Shown here: positions 10,268 to 21,047 of the stretch, in pieces | How the letters are laid out: each line of letters starts with the position of its first letter | Position numbering within the stretch: position 1 is the stretch's first letter | Assembly: GCA_965218425.1 (NCBI GenBank) | Contig: OZ244621.1 | Coordinates: 1,408,001-1,472,000 of the forward strand | DNA length: 64,000 bases | Direction of reading: 5' to 3' | From: an uncultured Candidatus Binatia bacterium | Lineage (GTDB): Bacteria; Desulfobacterota; Binatia; UBA9968; CAXXLF01 | Notes under the pieces: model-generated | Seen by the model: only the letters and a program-made list of their open reading frames with translations | The model's database searches: none | Told to the model about the DNA's origin: nothing | Made by a program: the position numbers and the translations under genes

Positions 10268-10912
10268 TCACGGGTTCTGCTCTCTTGACTCTTCAACGAA
10301 CCGATCGCCTTCCTGAAGCATCACTTCGTCGTCAATGCGGTACAGGATGATTTCTCCGGAGCTGATGAGTTTCCGCTTGTTGCCCAGACCCTCCTTTTGG
10401 ACTTGGAATATCGCCTTGCGGATCGAGCTCCGGACGAGCTTGTTTACGTCCCAGCGTTCGTGCCCCCGATAGCCGTGCTTGGTCGCCTTCTGGTACAACA
10501 GGGAAAGGCCTCCCTTCAAACTCGCCAGCCCTTTCTCATCCCTGTCCAATCTGAGCCGGGTCAAGCCCAAGACAAGCCATGCGATCTCGTCGTCCCGATT
10601 GACTCGAACCCCCCTCTCGAGAATCTGCCGGGCGTCCTCATACCTGCCGAGCTGGTAATACGCCCGCCCGAGCAGAGTCAGGCCGTCCAGATAGAAAGGG
10701 TCCTCCCTGACAAGGGCCTCAAGCAGCGGAACGGCCTGCCTCACGCCGGCGCCTCCCGGTCTCATCAGGTCGCGCGAGGCGGTGGTATACTTTCCCGCCT
10801 TCCCGATAGGGGGCAGGCGAAAGTCCAAAACGCTGCAGCCCGCCGCGAACAGCAGAACCGCGAGCCCCAGGGCGAAGCCCGCTCCAACAAATCTTTCTCT
10901 TCCGTAAGCCAT
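10268..10912 (-). CDS. TPR-containing lipoprotein
   Basis: Hydrophobic signal with lipobox FAAGC; TPR motifs (LLGRAYYQLGRYEDA, IAWLVLGLT); ATG 10912 preferred. Confidence 0.75.
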   Translation of the reverse strand: MAYGRERFVGAGFALGLAVLLFAAGCSVLDFRLPPIGKAGKYTTASRDLMRPGGAGVRQAVPLLEALVREDPFYLDGLTLLGRAYYQLGRYEDARQILERGVRVNRDDEIAWLVLGLTRLRLDRDEKGLASLKGGLSLLYQKATKHGYRGHERWDVNKLVRSSIRKAIFQVQKEGLGNKRKLISSGEIILYRIDDEVMLQEGDRFVEESREQNP

Positions 10913-11102
10913 CGGGATTGATACTCGCCTATCGAGTCCTAAACGGCATGACGCCGATAACGGTTGTCGAGCCGGAACGCCACGGCATGAAAATCCGAAG
11001 CTCAAAGCCCGACACGCCGAACAGCGCGGAACCCTCGAACCCTGAACCTGAGATCCTAAAAGAGACCGTTCAGAACCCTATGCTCTTTGATAACGGGGCG
11101 GG

Positions 11103-11133
11103 AAAAAAGAAGGGGCGCTAATTGCGCCCCTTC
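11103..11133 (-). terminator. Rho-independent terminator of the porin gene
   Basis: 10-bp perfect stem GAAGGGGCGC/GCGCCCCTTC followed by a U6 run on the minus strand. Confidence 0.85.
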
Positions 11134-11163
11134 CAGATCCCGTTACGCTGACGTGCAAGACGC

Positions 11164-12540
11164 CTAGAACTGCCACATCGTGGCCACGGTAAAGACCTGA
11201 TGGCGTCCCCCTTCTGCAGGGTCGTCTACGCCAAGGTTCGCGTTTGCGCGCTCCAACCTGTTAACGTGGTTATTCTGATACTCGAGGGAGTAGGTAAGGT
11301 TTCTCTGATGATACCACCGCAGCATGATGATGTTCTCCGAGTAGGTGTTCTCAAAACCCTCTTTCTCCGAGTCGGTCCGGCCGTGGCTGTAGGTGAGCCG
11401 CCAGCCGCGGTTCCTGCTGCCGCTCAGGAAACCCTTGGGCCCCCATACGTAGACCCCGACCTCGATGTTGTGGGTGTTGATGACCGTGTCGTCGCCGGCT
11501 GTGTTTTCGCCGGTGTGGAGGCCCCAGGTGTAACCGAGGTGCCATGGCCCGGCATTCCAATCTATCCAGGGCTCGACAAAGGTGAACTTACCAACACCCC
11601 TTTGGTCGAAGATCGTATCTCTGTTGAATCTGCTCCTGGATCTAACCCGCATCCTGGTTCCCGTGGGAAGCTCGTTGAGGAAAGTAAAGCCGACCCTTAT
11701 GCCCTTGGCGTACATGTCCTTGTGCTTGAAGAACGGATCGACGACAATGCCTCCGACAAAGCCCTTCTTTCTCCGGTTCCCATCTGAGAAGTCGCGGTAA
11801 TCATCGTCAGCCATGCTGCCGTTCGACAGATAGCTTAACGATAACGTCTGGATCCTCATGTTTCCAACAGGCACCCTTGACCACGTCAAGCCCACTCCCT
11901 TGCCGCCGAACGTCGAGAATCTGTTGTCGAAAGCCGGCGCCCTCTCCAAAGTGGCCCCGCCGGTGGAGCTCACCCGGGTATGCGGGCTTTGCGTGCCGTT
12001 GCATAGCACGAGGACGCAAACCGTCGGGTAGTGCGGACTCCATCTGCTCAAGTGGATTCTAAATCTTTCGCTTTTGACATTCGGGTTGTCCCGGGTGAAG
12101 GCAAAATCCCCGGTAAGCCCAAACTCGTAGAGGCCGTTGAGCAGCCGGAAATAAGTGTCGTGCTCCATGTGGCGCAGGCCCATTGTTCCTTGGGCCAGAT
12201 CACTATCGTCTGAGAGACCGGGATGGAACCCCATCTGGGCTTGGACCTGGGCTCCCATCGAGAATTGCCAACTCCGGTCCGCCGCACGAAACGTCAGCCC
12301 CCGTCCGTTCCTGTAACGGATGCTCGGCGCCTTCATCTTGGCCGCCAGGGCGTCGGCTTGCACCTGGGACTGCTCCTTCTCGACCCGCCGCTGGTCCGCC
12401 TTCAACTGCTGGAGCTCCGCCTCCAGAGCCTTGATCCGCTCATCGGTGCCGGCCGCCCCCGCCGGAGCCGCGACAACGAAGAGTCCTGCCATGGCGACGG
12501 CGCTGGCCGCACCAAATATTTTTCTTAAAGTCTCCTGCAT
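11164..12540 (-). CDS. Outer-membrane beta-barrel porin (OprO/OprP-like architecture)
   Basis: RBS AAGGAGGAG before ATG 12540; signal peptide, N-terminal coiled coil, alternating beta strands, C-terminal Phe (MWQF). Confidence 0.75.
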   Translation of the reverse strand: MQETLRKIFGAASAVAMAGLFVVAAPAGAAGTDERIKALEAELQQLKADQRRVEKEQSQVQADALAAKMKAPSIRYRNGRGLTFRAADRSWQFSMGAQVQAQMGFHPGLSDDSDLAQGTMGLRHMEHDTYFRLLNGLYEFGLTGDFAFTRDNPNVKSERFRIHLSRWSPHYPTVCVLVLCNGTQSPHTRVSSTGGATLERAPAFDNRFSTFGGKGVGLTWSRVPVGNMRIQTLSLSYLSNGSMADDDYRDFSDGNRRKKGFVGGIVVDPFFKHKDMYAKGIRVGFTFLNELPTGTRMRVRSRSRFNRDTIFDQRGVGKFTFVEPWIDWNAGPWHLGYTWGLHTGENTAGDDTVINTHNIEVGVYVWGPKGFLSGSRNRGWRLTYSHGRTDSEKEGFENTYSENIIMLRWYHQRNLTYSLEYQNNHVNRLERANANLGVDDPAEGGRHQVFTVATMWQF

Positions 12541-12622
12541 CTTCTCCTCCTTTGGTAATTTCCGAATATTTTTTGACGATTTAATTGTGCCGTATTTGCG
12601 CTTGCAGCATTCGGTTTCTGTT

Positions 12623-12651
12623 TTTCTAGCCAATGGCGCTTGCCTTGTCAA
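12623..12651 (-). promoter_or_regulatory. Putative sigma70 promoter of the porin gene
   Basis: TTGACA-17 nt-TAGAAA on the minus strand ~80 nt upstream of the ATG. Confidence 0.5.
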
Positions 12652-12880
12652 GCAAAAAAAATATTTTTTTTCCAAGGCGGGCGAGGGGGCCGTCGGCAGG
12701 AACCCACGCCTCTTACTGAAGTGAGAACACGCGAGATCCCAAATCCCTGCAAGCGCTTCGTTCAATGAAGACTTCATTTATCACAAAGGGGGGCTTTGGG
12801 CAAGCCCCATTATCCCTATTGACTTGCTCTTGGAATCCTTGATATTTATTTTTGCGATAAGGACGTTAGTTTGAACGGAG

Positions 12881-14791
12881 GTGCCTGCCTTGGCGATCAA
12901 ATCAACCAATATGTTGTGGGGCGCGAAGATCCGTCCGAAGAGCTGCAAGGTGCTCGTCCTCTCTTCTATCCTCATAATAATAACGGCATCGGCCGGCTGC
13001 TCCGTGCCTTTTCTCTCTAAGTCGTCAAGGGCCACCGCCAAATCCGATGCCGGCGCGGCGGCCCTGTTCAGACAAGGCTCGGAGTATCTCGAAAAGAAGA
13101 AATATTCCAAGGCGATCCTCGAATTCGAGAAGATCAGGGAAGAGTATCCTTTCAGCGCCGAGGCGGCTGAGACGGAGCTCAGGATCGGCGAAGCCTACCA
13201 TCGCAGCAAGAAGTATTCCGAAGCCGAGTCCGCATACAAGGGTTTTCTGTCGTTGCGCCCCACCAATGAGAACGTGCCGATGGTCGTCTATCGGCTCGGT
13301 CTCCTCCACTTTGACCAGTTCACCACCATCGACCGCGACCAAAAGAATATTGAGGCGGCCAGGGGTTATTTCGAAACGGTTATAAAGGATCACCCCAAGT
13401 CTCCCTATGTGGCGGATGCGCGGAAAAAGCTGACCAAATGCCGCCGGTACCTTGCCGAACGGGAATACTACATCGGCTCCTTTTACCTCAAGGAAGAAAA
13501 ATACGCCGCTGCGAAGGAACGCTTCGAGAGAATTGTACGGCTCTACCTCGACACCCCGGTCGGGACCAAAGCTCTCTTTCAACTGGGCGATGCCTATCGG
13601 CTGCAAAACAACAGCGTCAAAGCGGCCCTGGCCTACGAGGCCCTGATCAAGCACTACCCAAAAAGCCTTCAGGCGAAACAGGCGCAGGTCCAGTTGTCGC
13701 GGTTGAGCAAGGTCCGGCACGACCCGTTGGCGCAGCTCCTGATGCGCGACGGCCGGCCCGTATTCGCCGCCGATCCGGGAGCCGACGGGCGGCAGGGGGT
13801 ATCCGATGATGGCGCCGGTGACGTCCAAAGGACGGCTATGAGATCGCCGGATCTGTCGGCGCTTAACCTGGCGACCAAGACAGAGACGGCCTTTGAAGAG
13901 AGCGGAGTCAACCGTAAGAAAAAAGGCTTTTTCAGCCGCATGGTCAGCGCCATCAATCCGTTCAGCTCCTCCGATGAAAAGAAAGAGGGGCACCAAACAT
14001 CGAGCAATGGCGCGGAGGTGGCCAAAGCGGATAGTAATAAAGGAGAGAAGCGCACCGAATCAAAGAATGGTCGGGGAGCGCCGACCAGTGAAATCGATGC
14101 CGCCTTGAAGGGAAAGGGGATTAACACTGAAAAATATGACGTGGCTTCTCAGCCGCCAACCTCAGAGCTCCCTGAGATCACTGAAGAGCCTGTGCCTCCA
14201 CCTAGCAACTCGAAGGAAGTACTGGGCAAAGTCGACGCAAGGCTCAAGGAGGAAGGAGTGAACGTTACCGCAACGCCCAATCCCCCGAAGCTGATCGTCA
14301 AGCGCCGCTCTGAGGCAAAGAAGAAACCCGCGCGGTCGAGAGTGGTCTCGTCGGGAGTGCTGGCGGACATCGACAGGAAACTGATGAAAAAAGGAATCGA
14401 CGTCCCCACTGAGAGTCAATCAAGCTCCAATGTGAACCTCCAGGCATCAAATCCCGTTGTTCAACCGGTCCCACAGCCTACCGTGGAACTCAGCCCCCGG
14501 CTCAGCAGAGAGACGACGCCGTTTCTTTTGGACCCGGGAGAGTTCCGGCTAGAGGAAAAACCCGAAACGACGGAGAAGGCTAAAGACCCGCAAGGCGCAG
14601 AAGCCCCCCAATCCGCAAGTACACAAGAGACCGCACCTGTCTTCCGGCTACCCGCATCGGTAACTGAGGTCCCGACAACCACATTGCCCGAGAAACGGGA
14701 CGAGGAAGCGGCATCGGAAGACGCCATGGAACAGATGAAAGAAGAGTTCGGCAGGTTCAAGTCGATCGTGGGACCCATGTTAGGACAGTGA
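12881..14791 (+). CDS. bamD: Outer membrane protein assembly factor BamD with extra TPR and long C-terminal extension
   Basis: Lipobox SAGC; YPFS, DRDQ, YLAEREYYIGSFY BamD motifs; exact start uncertain (12881/12890/12911). Confidence 0.85.
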   Translation: MPALAIKSTNMLWGAKIRPKSCKVLVLSSILIIITASAGCSVPFLSKSSRATAKSDAGAAALFRQGSEYLEKKKYSKAILEFEKIREEYPFSAEAAETELRIGEAYHRSKKYSEAESAYKGFLSLRPTNENVPMVVYRLGLLHFDQFTTIDRDQKNIEAARGYFETVIKDHPKSPYVADARKKLTKCRRYLAEREYYIGSFYLKEEKYAAAKERFERIVRLYLDTPVGTKALFQLGDAYRLQNNSVKAALAYEALIKHYPKSLQAKQAQVQLSRLSKVRHDPLAQLLMRDGRPVFAADPGADGRQGVSDDGAGDVQRTAMRSPDLSALNLATKTETAFEESGVNRKKKGFFSRMVSAINPFSSSDEKKEGHQTSSNGAEVAKADSNKGEKRTESKNGRGAPTSEIDAALKGKGINTEKYDVASQPPTSELPEITEEPVPPPSNSKEVLGKVDARLKEEGVNVTATPNPPKLIVKRRSEAKKKPARSRVVSSGVLADIDRKLMKKGIDVPTESQSSSNVNLQASNPVVQPVPQPTVELSPRLSRETTPFLLDPGEFRLEEKPETTEKAKDPQGAEAPQSASTQETAPVFRLPASVTEVPTTTLPEKRDEEAASEDAMEQMKEEFGRFKSIVGPMLGQ

Positions 14792-14862
14792 TCGGGACCT
14801 ACTTGTTTGGAACCCGAACTTCGAAACTCGAGATCCGTTTGCCGGTAGTGAGAAAAGAACTG

Positions 14863-14932
14863 CTCGCGCCAAGACGCCGAGAAATTTGTTTCTTTTCTCC
14901 GGGCTTACGGTGCCTTGTCTCTTTGCGGGAAA
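14863..14932. repeat. Short internally deleted copy of the 23232/62861 intergenic element
   Basis: Left end CTCGCGCCAAGACGCC matches 62861; right end CTTTGCGGGAA is the reverse complement of 23232 TTCCCGCAAAG. Confidence 0.6.
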
Positions 14933-14960
14933 AATTTCTTGCGGTGTTTCCGTAATCTCC

Positions 14961-17900
14961 TTACTTCCTCGCCATCCTTCCATTGGCCAAACGCAAACGG
15001 CTGAGCGCCCATTGACCGGACCATGCCGCCTGCTTTTCCTTGACGAGCGAGTAAAGGACCGGTATCAGGACCAGCGTGATCAGTGTTGACGTGGCCAGGC
15101 CGCCGATGACAACCCTGGCCAGTGGGGCCTGGACCTCACCCCCGTCGCCTATGCCCACCGCCAGAGGTATCATGGCGAGCATAGTGGTTAGGCTGGTCAT
15201 CAATATGGGACGCAACCGGGTTCTTCCGCCGAGGATCACCGCCTCGCGCACCGATAACCCATCTTCTTTGATCTTCAGATTGATATAGTCCACGAGGACG
15301 ATGGCATTATTGACCACGATCCCTGTCAGCATGATGATCCCGATAAAGGAGTTCACGTTCAAGGTAGTCCCGGTAAACAGCAATATCAGGAGAATCCCGA
15401 TGGCGGCAAAGGGGACCGAGAACATGATAACCAGCGGGTCCAGGAACTTCTCGAACAGAGCGGCCATGACGATGTAGACCAGCAGCAGAGCGAGGAGAAG
15501 CCCCCAGCGGAGCTCTTGAAAGGCCTCCCGCTGCTCCTCGTAGTCTCCCCCTATGTTCAGGGAGAAGCCCGGCGGGAGATCCAGTCTTCTCAGACTCGCC
15601 CTCAGCTCCTCCGCTACCTCTCCCATGTCACGACCCGTTACCTCCCCTGTGATGCTCACCACTCTTTCCTGGTTCAACCGATGGATCTCCATGGGTCCCC
15701 GCCGCTCTTCCAATCTTACGAGACTCCTCAGTGGCACTCCCTGCCCCGTTCTCGTGGGGATCACCAGATCCGGGAGTTCTTCGAGGGAGCTGCGGTGCTT
15801 CTCCGCCAGGCGAACCACCACATCGAATTCATCCCCCTGTTCGCGGTACAGGGTGGCCCGGGTGCCGCCGATGCTGGTCTTCACGGCCTGTGCAAGTGAG
15901 GCCACGGAAATCCCCAGGTTCGCCGCTCGCTCACGATCGATATGAAGGCCTATCTCAGGCTGTCCGCCCTGGCGGTTTATCCGTATTCCCGCGATACCGT
16001 CGATTCTCTCCATCTTGGCCTTGATCTCGCGGGCAAGGCGCTGGGCCGCCCCGAGGTCGTGCCCGCGGACATCGATCTCAAGATTGTCGTTGTCGGCCAG
16101 GCCGAGCCGGCGAAAGATATAAAGACCCGACCGCGTGCGTACTCGGGTAGACACCCCTGGGACAGACCTCGCCTCGCGCCGCAGGAGCCGGGCAATATCT
16201 TCGTCCGAACGCTCCCTGGTGCTCCTGGGTCCAAGCCAGATATGGACGTGACCCCGGTTTTTACCCCGCGCGCGAAAGCCGAACTGACCGAAATGGCTAA
16301 AAACGTTTTCCGTCTCCGGTACTTCCCTGCGCACCAGGGCCTCGAAGGCGATTGAAACCCCGTCCATCTCTTCGATCCTGGCTCCCTCCTCCATGTTCGC
16401 ATATATGGTGATGGACCCCTCATCGGCCTTTGGCATGAACTCCCTTCCAATCTTCGGCACCAGGGTCAGGCTGAGGCCTAGAAGGGCAAATATCGACGCC
16501 AGGACCACCGCCCGATGGCGCAGGGACCAGCTGAGCAATGACTGGTAGTGTTCGTCTAAAAAGATCAGGCACTTCTCTCCCACGTTGTAAAATTTTCCCA
16601 GGGCGCCCCCGCTGTTCGTCTTTTGCAATCGGCCCAGCAGTTGATGGGCCATGACTGGAACCAAGGTCAAGGCAACGACCAACGAAGTCGCCAGGGAGAA
16701 AAAAACCACCCAGGCAAGCTGCTTGAAGATGATCCCGGCGGACCCGGGAACGAATAACAAGGGGAGAAAAACCACTACTGTCGTAAGTGTAGACGCGGTA
16801 ATCGCCCCCGCAACTTCCCAGGTTCCTCTCAACACCGCCTCTTTCCTCTCCGCCCCCTGCTCTCGATGTCGGAAGATGTTTTCCAGGACCACGATGGAGT
16901 TGTCCACCAGAAGTCCCATCCCAAGGGCGAGACCTCCAAAGGACATGATGTTGACGGAAAAGCCCTGGAAATACATCAGGGAGAAGGTGGCAATGACGGA
17001 AACAGGCACGGCGGCGGCGATGATAAAGGTGCTGGGCATATTGCGGAGGAAAAAGAGAAGGATCACGATGGCCAATACGGCCCCCCACATGGCCGCCCTT
17101 CTGACGTTGTAAATGGAGTCCCTGATATAGCGGGCGTTATCCCTCAAGGCAGTGACGGTGACGTCGGGGAAATCCCGGTTGATGCTCAGAATCTCTTCCT
17201 TGACCCGCTCCACCACCTCCACCGTGTTGGCCAGGGGCTGCCTTATCAGCGAGATGATCACGGCGCTCCGGCCGTTGATCTTCACCACGTGGTCGATTTC
17301 CTTATAGGAGTCCTCGATGGCGGCCAACTCTTCCAAATGTATAGGGACGCCGCCCCGACGGGTAACGACGGTATTACGGATCTGATCGAGGCTGGTATAT
17401 TCCCCGAGGGTACGGACCATGACCTCCAGGTGCGCCCGATCCATGTTGCCGGCTGGAAGAGTAACGTTCTCCGCTCTCAAGGCGTTAATCACATCGGCAG
17501 GCGAAAGTTTGAGCGCCCTCATCTTGTCGGGGTTCAGATGAACGTGAATCTCCCGCTCCAAACCTCCGCGGATATCGGCAGAGGCCACTCCGCGCCGGCG
17601 TTCAAGGCGGTATTGGATCTGATTTTCCACGAACCTGCGTAGCGACACGGGATCCATGTTACCGTATATGCCGATGAACATGATTGGACTGGCGTTGGCG
17701 TCAAATTTCCGAATGACCGGGGCTTCCGCATCCTCCGGCAGGTCGTCGCGCAAGCGATCGAGTTTCTCACGCACATCGCTGACGGCTTCGTCCAGGTCCG
17801 TTCCCCAACTGAAGCCCACCCTCACCTGGCTTCGCCCTTCGACGGAAACGGAGGTAACGTCCTCAACGCCGGATACCGAACTCACGGCCTTTTCCACAGG

Positions 17901-18095
17901 TTCAGTGACGAGGGTCTCAATCTCCGAGGGGCCTACGTTTTCGTATCTCGTATTGATGGTCACACGGGGGAAAGTGACCTCGGGCATGAGGTCCACAGGT
18001 ATCCTCAGGAACGAGATAACGCCGAGGATCAAGACCACTAGAACCACCATATACGTGGTCACGGGTCTATTCACGGATGTTGACGTCAAACTCAT
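14961..18095 (-). CDS. RND efflux permease (AcrB/AcrD/AcrF family)
   Basis: 1044 aa; GLLVDNSIVVLENI, GIVVNNAIVLVD, RLRPILMT motifs. Confidence 0.95.
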   Translation of the reverse strand: MSLTSTSVNRPVTTYMVVLVVLILGVISFLRIPVDLMPEVTFPRVTINTRYENVGPSEIETLVTEPVEKAVSSVSGVEDVTSVSVEGRSQVRVGFSWGTDLDEAVSDVREKLDRLRDDLPEDAEAPVIRKFDANASPIMFIGIYGNMDPVSLRRFVENQIQYRLERRRGVASADIRGGLEREIHVHLNPDKMRALKLSPADVINALRAENVTLPAGNMDRAHLEVMVRTLGEYTSLDQIRNTVVTRRGGVPIHLEELAAIEDSYKEIDHVVKINGRSAVIISLIRQPLANTVEVVERVKEEILSINRDFPDVTVTALRDNARYIRDSIYNVRRAAMWGAVLAIVILLFFLRNMPSTFIIAAAVPVSVIATFSLMYFQGFSVNIMSFGGLALGMGLLVDNSIVVLENIFRHREQGAERKEAVLRGTWEVAGAITASTLTTVVVFLPLLFVPGSAGIIFKQLAWVVFFSLATSLVVALTLVPVMAHQLLGRLQKTNSGGALGKFYNVGEKCLIFLDEHYQSLLSWSLRHRAVVLASIFALLGLSLTLVPKIGREFMPKADEGSITIYANMEEGARIEEMDGVSIAFEALVRREVPETENVFSHFGQFGFRARGKNRGHVHIWLGPRSTRERSDEDIARLLRREARSVPGVSTRVRTRSGLYIFRRLGLADNDNLEIDVRGHDLGAAQRLAREIKAKMERIDGIAGIRINRQGGQPEIGLHIDRERAANLGISVASLAQAVKTSIGGTRATLYREQGDEFDVVVRLAEKHRSSLEELPDLVIPTRTGQGVPLRSLVRLEERRGPMEIHRLNQERVVSITGEVTGRDMGEVAEELRASLRRLDLPPGFSLNIGGDYEEQREAFQELRWGLLLALLLVYIVMAALFEKFLDPLVIMFSVPFAAIGILLILLFTGTTLNVNSFIGIIMLTGIVVNNAIVLVDYINLKIKEDGLSVREAVILGGRTRLRPILMTSLTTMLAMIPLAVGIGDGGEVQAPLARVVIGGLATSTLITLVLIPVLYSLVKEKQAAWSGQWALSRLRLANGRMARK

Positions 18096-19342
18096 GATTG
18101 CCCTTCGTTACCCGGACTCCCCTTCCTCCCCTTGCCTTTCTTACCCCTTCTCCCTTTTTTCTCGCCGGCGACACTAGCCCCGCTGCTATCTATGATGTTC
18201 ACTCTCTGCCCGTCACGCAAGAGGTTGCTCCCCAGGATCACGATCCGGTCGCCCTCCTTGAGACCCCCCTGGACCTCAACCCAGCCGTTACGGCCCAAAC
18301 CGGGCTTGATGGGAACCAGCCCTACCCTGTCACCATCCTCCAGGATTCTAAAAACTCCGTAACCTTCTCGTGTTTTGACCTGGGCGCCCTTCGGCACCAG
18401 CAGCACGCCGGAGCGACGCTGGGCTACAATCTCCGCCCTGGCGAACATGCCCGGCTTTAAGTCGCCTCGCGGATTCGGTAGCTCTATCTCCACTTCTCCG
18501 GTGCGCGACTCCGCGTCCAGCACCGGCGCCATGCGAGCCACTTTTCCCTGGAAGCGCTTGCCCGGGTAGGCGTCCGCGGTGACGGCAGCCATCTGCCCCG
18601 GGGATATCTTCCGATAATCGCCTTCCACCACCGCAACGTTCACCTTCACCGAGCTGATATCGACTACGGTGACCAACGGCGTAGTGGAATTGACCAGGGC
18701 GCCCCGATCTACGAAGCGTTTGGCCACGTACCCAGCAAAGGGGGAGATGACGTCCGCCGACCTAAGACGGATGCGGGCATTGATCAGTCGAGACTTCATC
18801 TGAGTCATCTGCGCATTTGTGAGCTCAACCTGGGCTTGGGCGCTGAGGACCTGGGTCTCCAGGGTGTCCACCTCTTCACGAGCAATGAGGGTTCTTTCCA
18901 AGAGGATCTTGGCCCTGTCCAACTTCCTTTTCAGGTCTTTAAGTTCCGCTTCCTTCCCGATAAGAGTCGCCTCGTACACTTTTAAGGACGCCTTGGCTTC
19001 ATTGAATTCTTCAGTCAATTCGTCCTTTTCCAGTACAGCCAGAACCTGCCCCTCCTTGACCCGATCCCCCACTTCCACGAGGACCTTCTCCACCCGGCCG
19101 GAAATCTTCGGAGCCAACGTAACCGATGCATCCGGGAGGAGAGAGCCCACATAGCTGAGTTTTTCCTCCACGTCACCGACCTTTACCCTGGCCACTTCAA
19201 CGGCAACGCTCCTGTTTCTCCTGCCCCTTCTTTCTCCCTGTTTGCCCTTGGCGTCCCCCTCCTGGAAAGGACCGATACCCAATCCGTAGAGGAGCCCGCC
19301 AACTGCAAACAGGAAAATTACGGCCGCCAAAAATTTCTTCAA
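18092..19342 (-). CDS. RND periplasmic adaptor subunit
   Basis: PKISGRV, GDRVKEGQVLA, SPFAGYV, LKPGMFA; overlaps neighbours. Confidence 0.9.
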   Translation of the reverse strand: MKKFLAAVIFLFAVGGLLYGLGIGPFQEGDAKGKQGERRGRRNRSVAVEVARVKVGDVEEKLSYVGSLLPDASVTLAPKISGRVEKVLVEVGDRVKEGQVLAVLEKDELTEEFNEAKASLKVYEATLIGKEAELKDLKRKLDRAKILLERTLIAREEVDTLETQVLSAQAQVELTNAQMTQMKSRLINARIRLRSADVISPFAGYVAKRFVDRGALVNSTTPLVTVVDISSVKVNVAVVEGDYRKISPGQMAAVTADAYPGKRFQGKVARMAPVLDAESRTGEVEIELPNPRGDLKPGMFARAEIVAQRRSGVLLVPKGAQVKTREGYGVFRILEDGDRVGLVPIKPGLGRNGWVEVQGGLKEGDRIVILGSNLLRDGQRVNIIDSSGASVAGEKKGRRGKKGKGRKGSPGNEGQS

Positions 19343-20712
19343 CGAGGTATCCCTTGACCCATGGCCCTGGCCAGGTCGGCTTCGAATATCTTATAAGCGG
19401 CGATAGTCTGGATGTGGTCGGTTTGGGCCTGGGTGCTGATCACCTGGGCCTCGGTGATTTCTATAATGGAACCGACCCCCACACGGTAACGCCCGTTGGC
19501 CAGGGCCAGATTTTCCCGAGCCGCTCTGACGGCCGCATCCGTGGCCTTGAGCCGTCCCACCGCTCCAACCAGACTCAAATAGCTCTGCTCCACCTCCAAC
19601 GCAATCCGCTGCCGGACCTCCTCTTCCCGAGCCTTGATTTCATAGAAATTTCTCGATTCCTCCTGGACTTCATAGGTGGTCTGAAACCCGCTGAAAATGG
19701 GAACGTTGAACTGCAGCCCGATCTCCCAGTTCGGCTGCAGTGGAAATTCATCCGCACTTCTCCCATAGGAAGAGTTGAAATTAAAGTCGGGCAGATGCCC
19801 CCTGCGCGCGGTATCGATGGCCGCACCCTTCGCCCTTAACTGGGCCTCGAAATCCTTCAGCTCAGGCCGCAAACCGAAGGCCGTCTCGCGGGCAGACTCC
19901 AGGGACACCGGCGGCTCCCGTATGCCGAGCTCTTTGGCAAGGTCCTCTACCGGTCTTTCGAGCAGGGCTTCTTCGGCCAAAGGGCGTTGGGGAAATTTTC
20001 TCGCCCCGACGGCATTTTTGAGGCCCGCCCATGCGACTCTGACCGCGTTCTGGGCGGTAATGAGATCAGCATGGGCAAGGAACAGGTTGGATTCGGCGCG
20101 CACCACATCGATCTTCGGACGGGTCCCCACCTCAAAAAAACCCTTGGCCTGGCGCACCAGAAGCTGCCGGTCCTTGACCGTATCCTCCCTGACTCCCACC
20201 AGAACAATAGCTTGGAGGTAGCGGTAGTAGGCCTGCTTGACGCCGAGGACCACGTCTTCGGCGGAGGTGCGCTGGGCATACCGTGTAGAATCGAGGGTAT
20301 CTATCTCTTCTCGGACACTCCCTTTACGTTTGCCGAAGTCATAGATGGTCCATTTCATAGCGGTTGAAACAGTATAAGTGCGGCTATTTGTGGAATCGGA
20401 CCTCCTATAACCGGAGTTGAAGTCAATGGTCGGGTAGTAAGCGGACCTGGCCTGCCCCACCACCGCCCGCTGTGCTTTGACCCGTTCCAGGGCCGCTCTG
20501 AGCCTCGGTTGCCGGTCCAAGGCGAGCAATATGGCGTCTTCAAGGGTCAGAGGCTTTTCAGCCGCTCCCGGAGCGGACTTGCCAGCGGAAATCGCCGGCG
20601 GGGAAGGAGCTTGACTCTGGGGCCAGGCCGTCATCGGATGCATGAAAAGGCCAACTGCCAATAGTAAGGTGATCCTCGAAGTCCGATCCAGCCTTTGGAT
20701 GAAATGAGTCAT
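19339..20712 (-). CDS. TolC-family outer membrane efflux protein
   Basis: LTLEDAILLAL, VKQAYY, RYRVGVGSIIEITEAQ; first gene of the RND operon. Confidence 0.9.
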   Translation of the reverse strand: MTHFIQRLDRTSRITLLLAVGLFMHPMTAWPQSQAPSPPAISAGKSAPGAAEKPLTLEDAILLALDRQPRLRAALERVKAQRAVVGQARSAYYPTIDFNSGYRRSDSTNSRTYTVSTAMKWTIYDFGKRKGSVREEIDTLDSTRYAQRTSAEDVVLGVKQAYYRYLQAIVLVGVREDTVKDRQLLVRQAKGFFEVGTRPKIDVVRAESNLFLAHADLITAQNAVRVAWAGLKNAVGARKFPQRPLAEEALLERPVEDLAKELGIREPPVSLESARETAFGLRPELKDFEAQLRAKGAAIDTARRGHLPDFNFNSSYGRSADEFPLQPNWEIGLQFNVPIFSGFQTTYEVQEESRNFYEIKAREEEVRQRIALEVEQSYLSLVGAVGRLKATDAAVRAARENLALANGRYRVGVGSIIEITEAQVISTQAQTDHIQTIAAYKIFEADLARAMGQGIPR

Positions 20713-21047
20713 ATCGGTTGTGCCTCCCTTTCGATCAAAAAAACAGGAGGGGGAGTATATTGCTTTCGGCCGGGCAAAGCAAAAGCGGAATTTTCCTCCG
20801 GACTGGGAGTTGATGTTTCACGGAACAAATTGCATCGTTTAGGTACGGCCTGGTCTTTTGACTTCAGTTTTTTTGATTCCTTGGTATGCTTTAGGGAAGT
20901 GAATTCGTTATGGTTTGAACCGGCCTATTATTAAAGATAAGACGATGGAGGGTTCCATTTAAAGTTCGTTATTTGTGGATATCTCGCTATGGGGGCTCTC
21001 CCGATCAATGAATATACGAATCTCCGATAACGATTATAGGATTTTCC

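Noticed and set aside
13025..13996. Long antisense ORFs (also 41915-42745, 35972-36715, 16866-17642, 9212-9883)
   Set aside because: Shadow frames opposite clearly identified genes, expected from codon bias in GC-rich DNA
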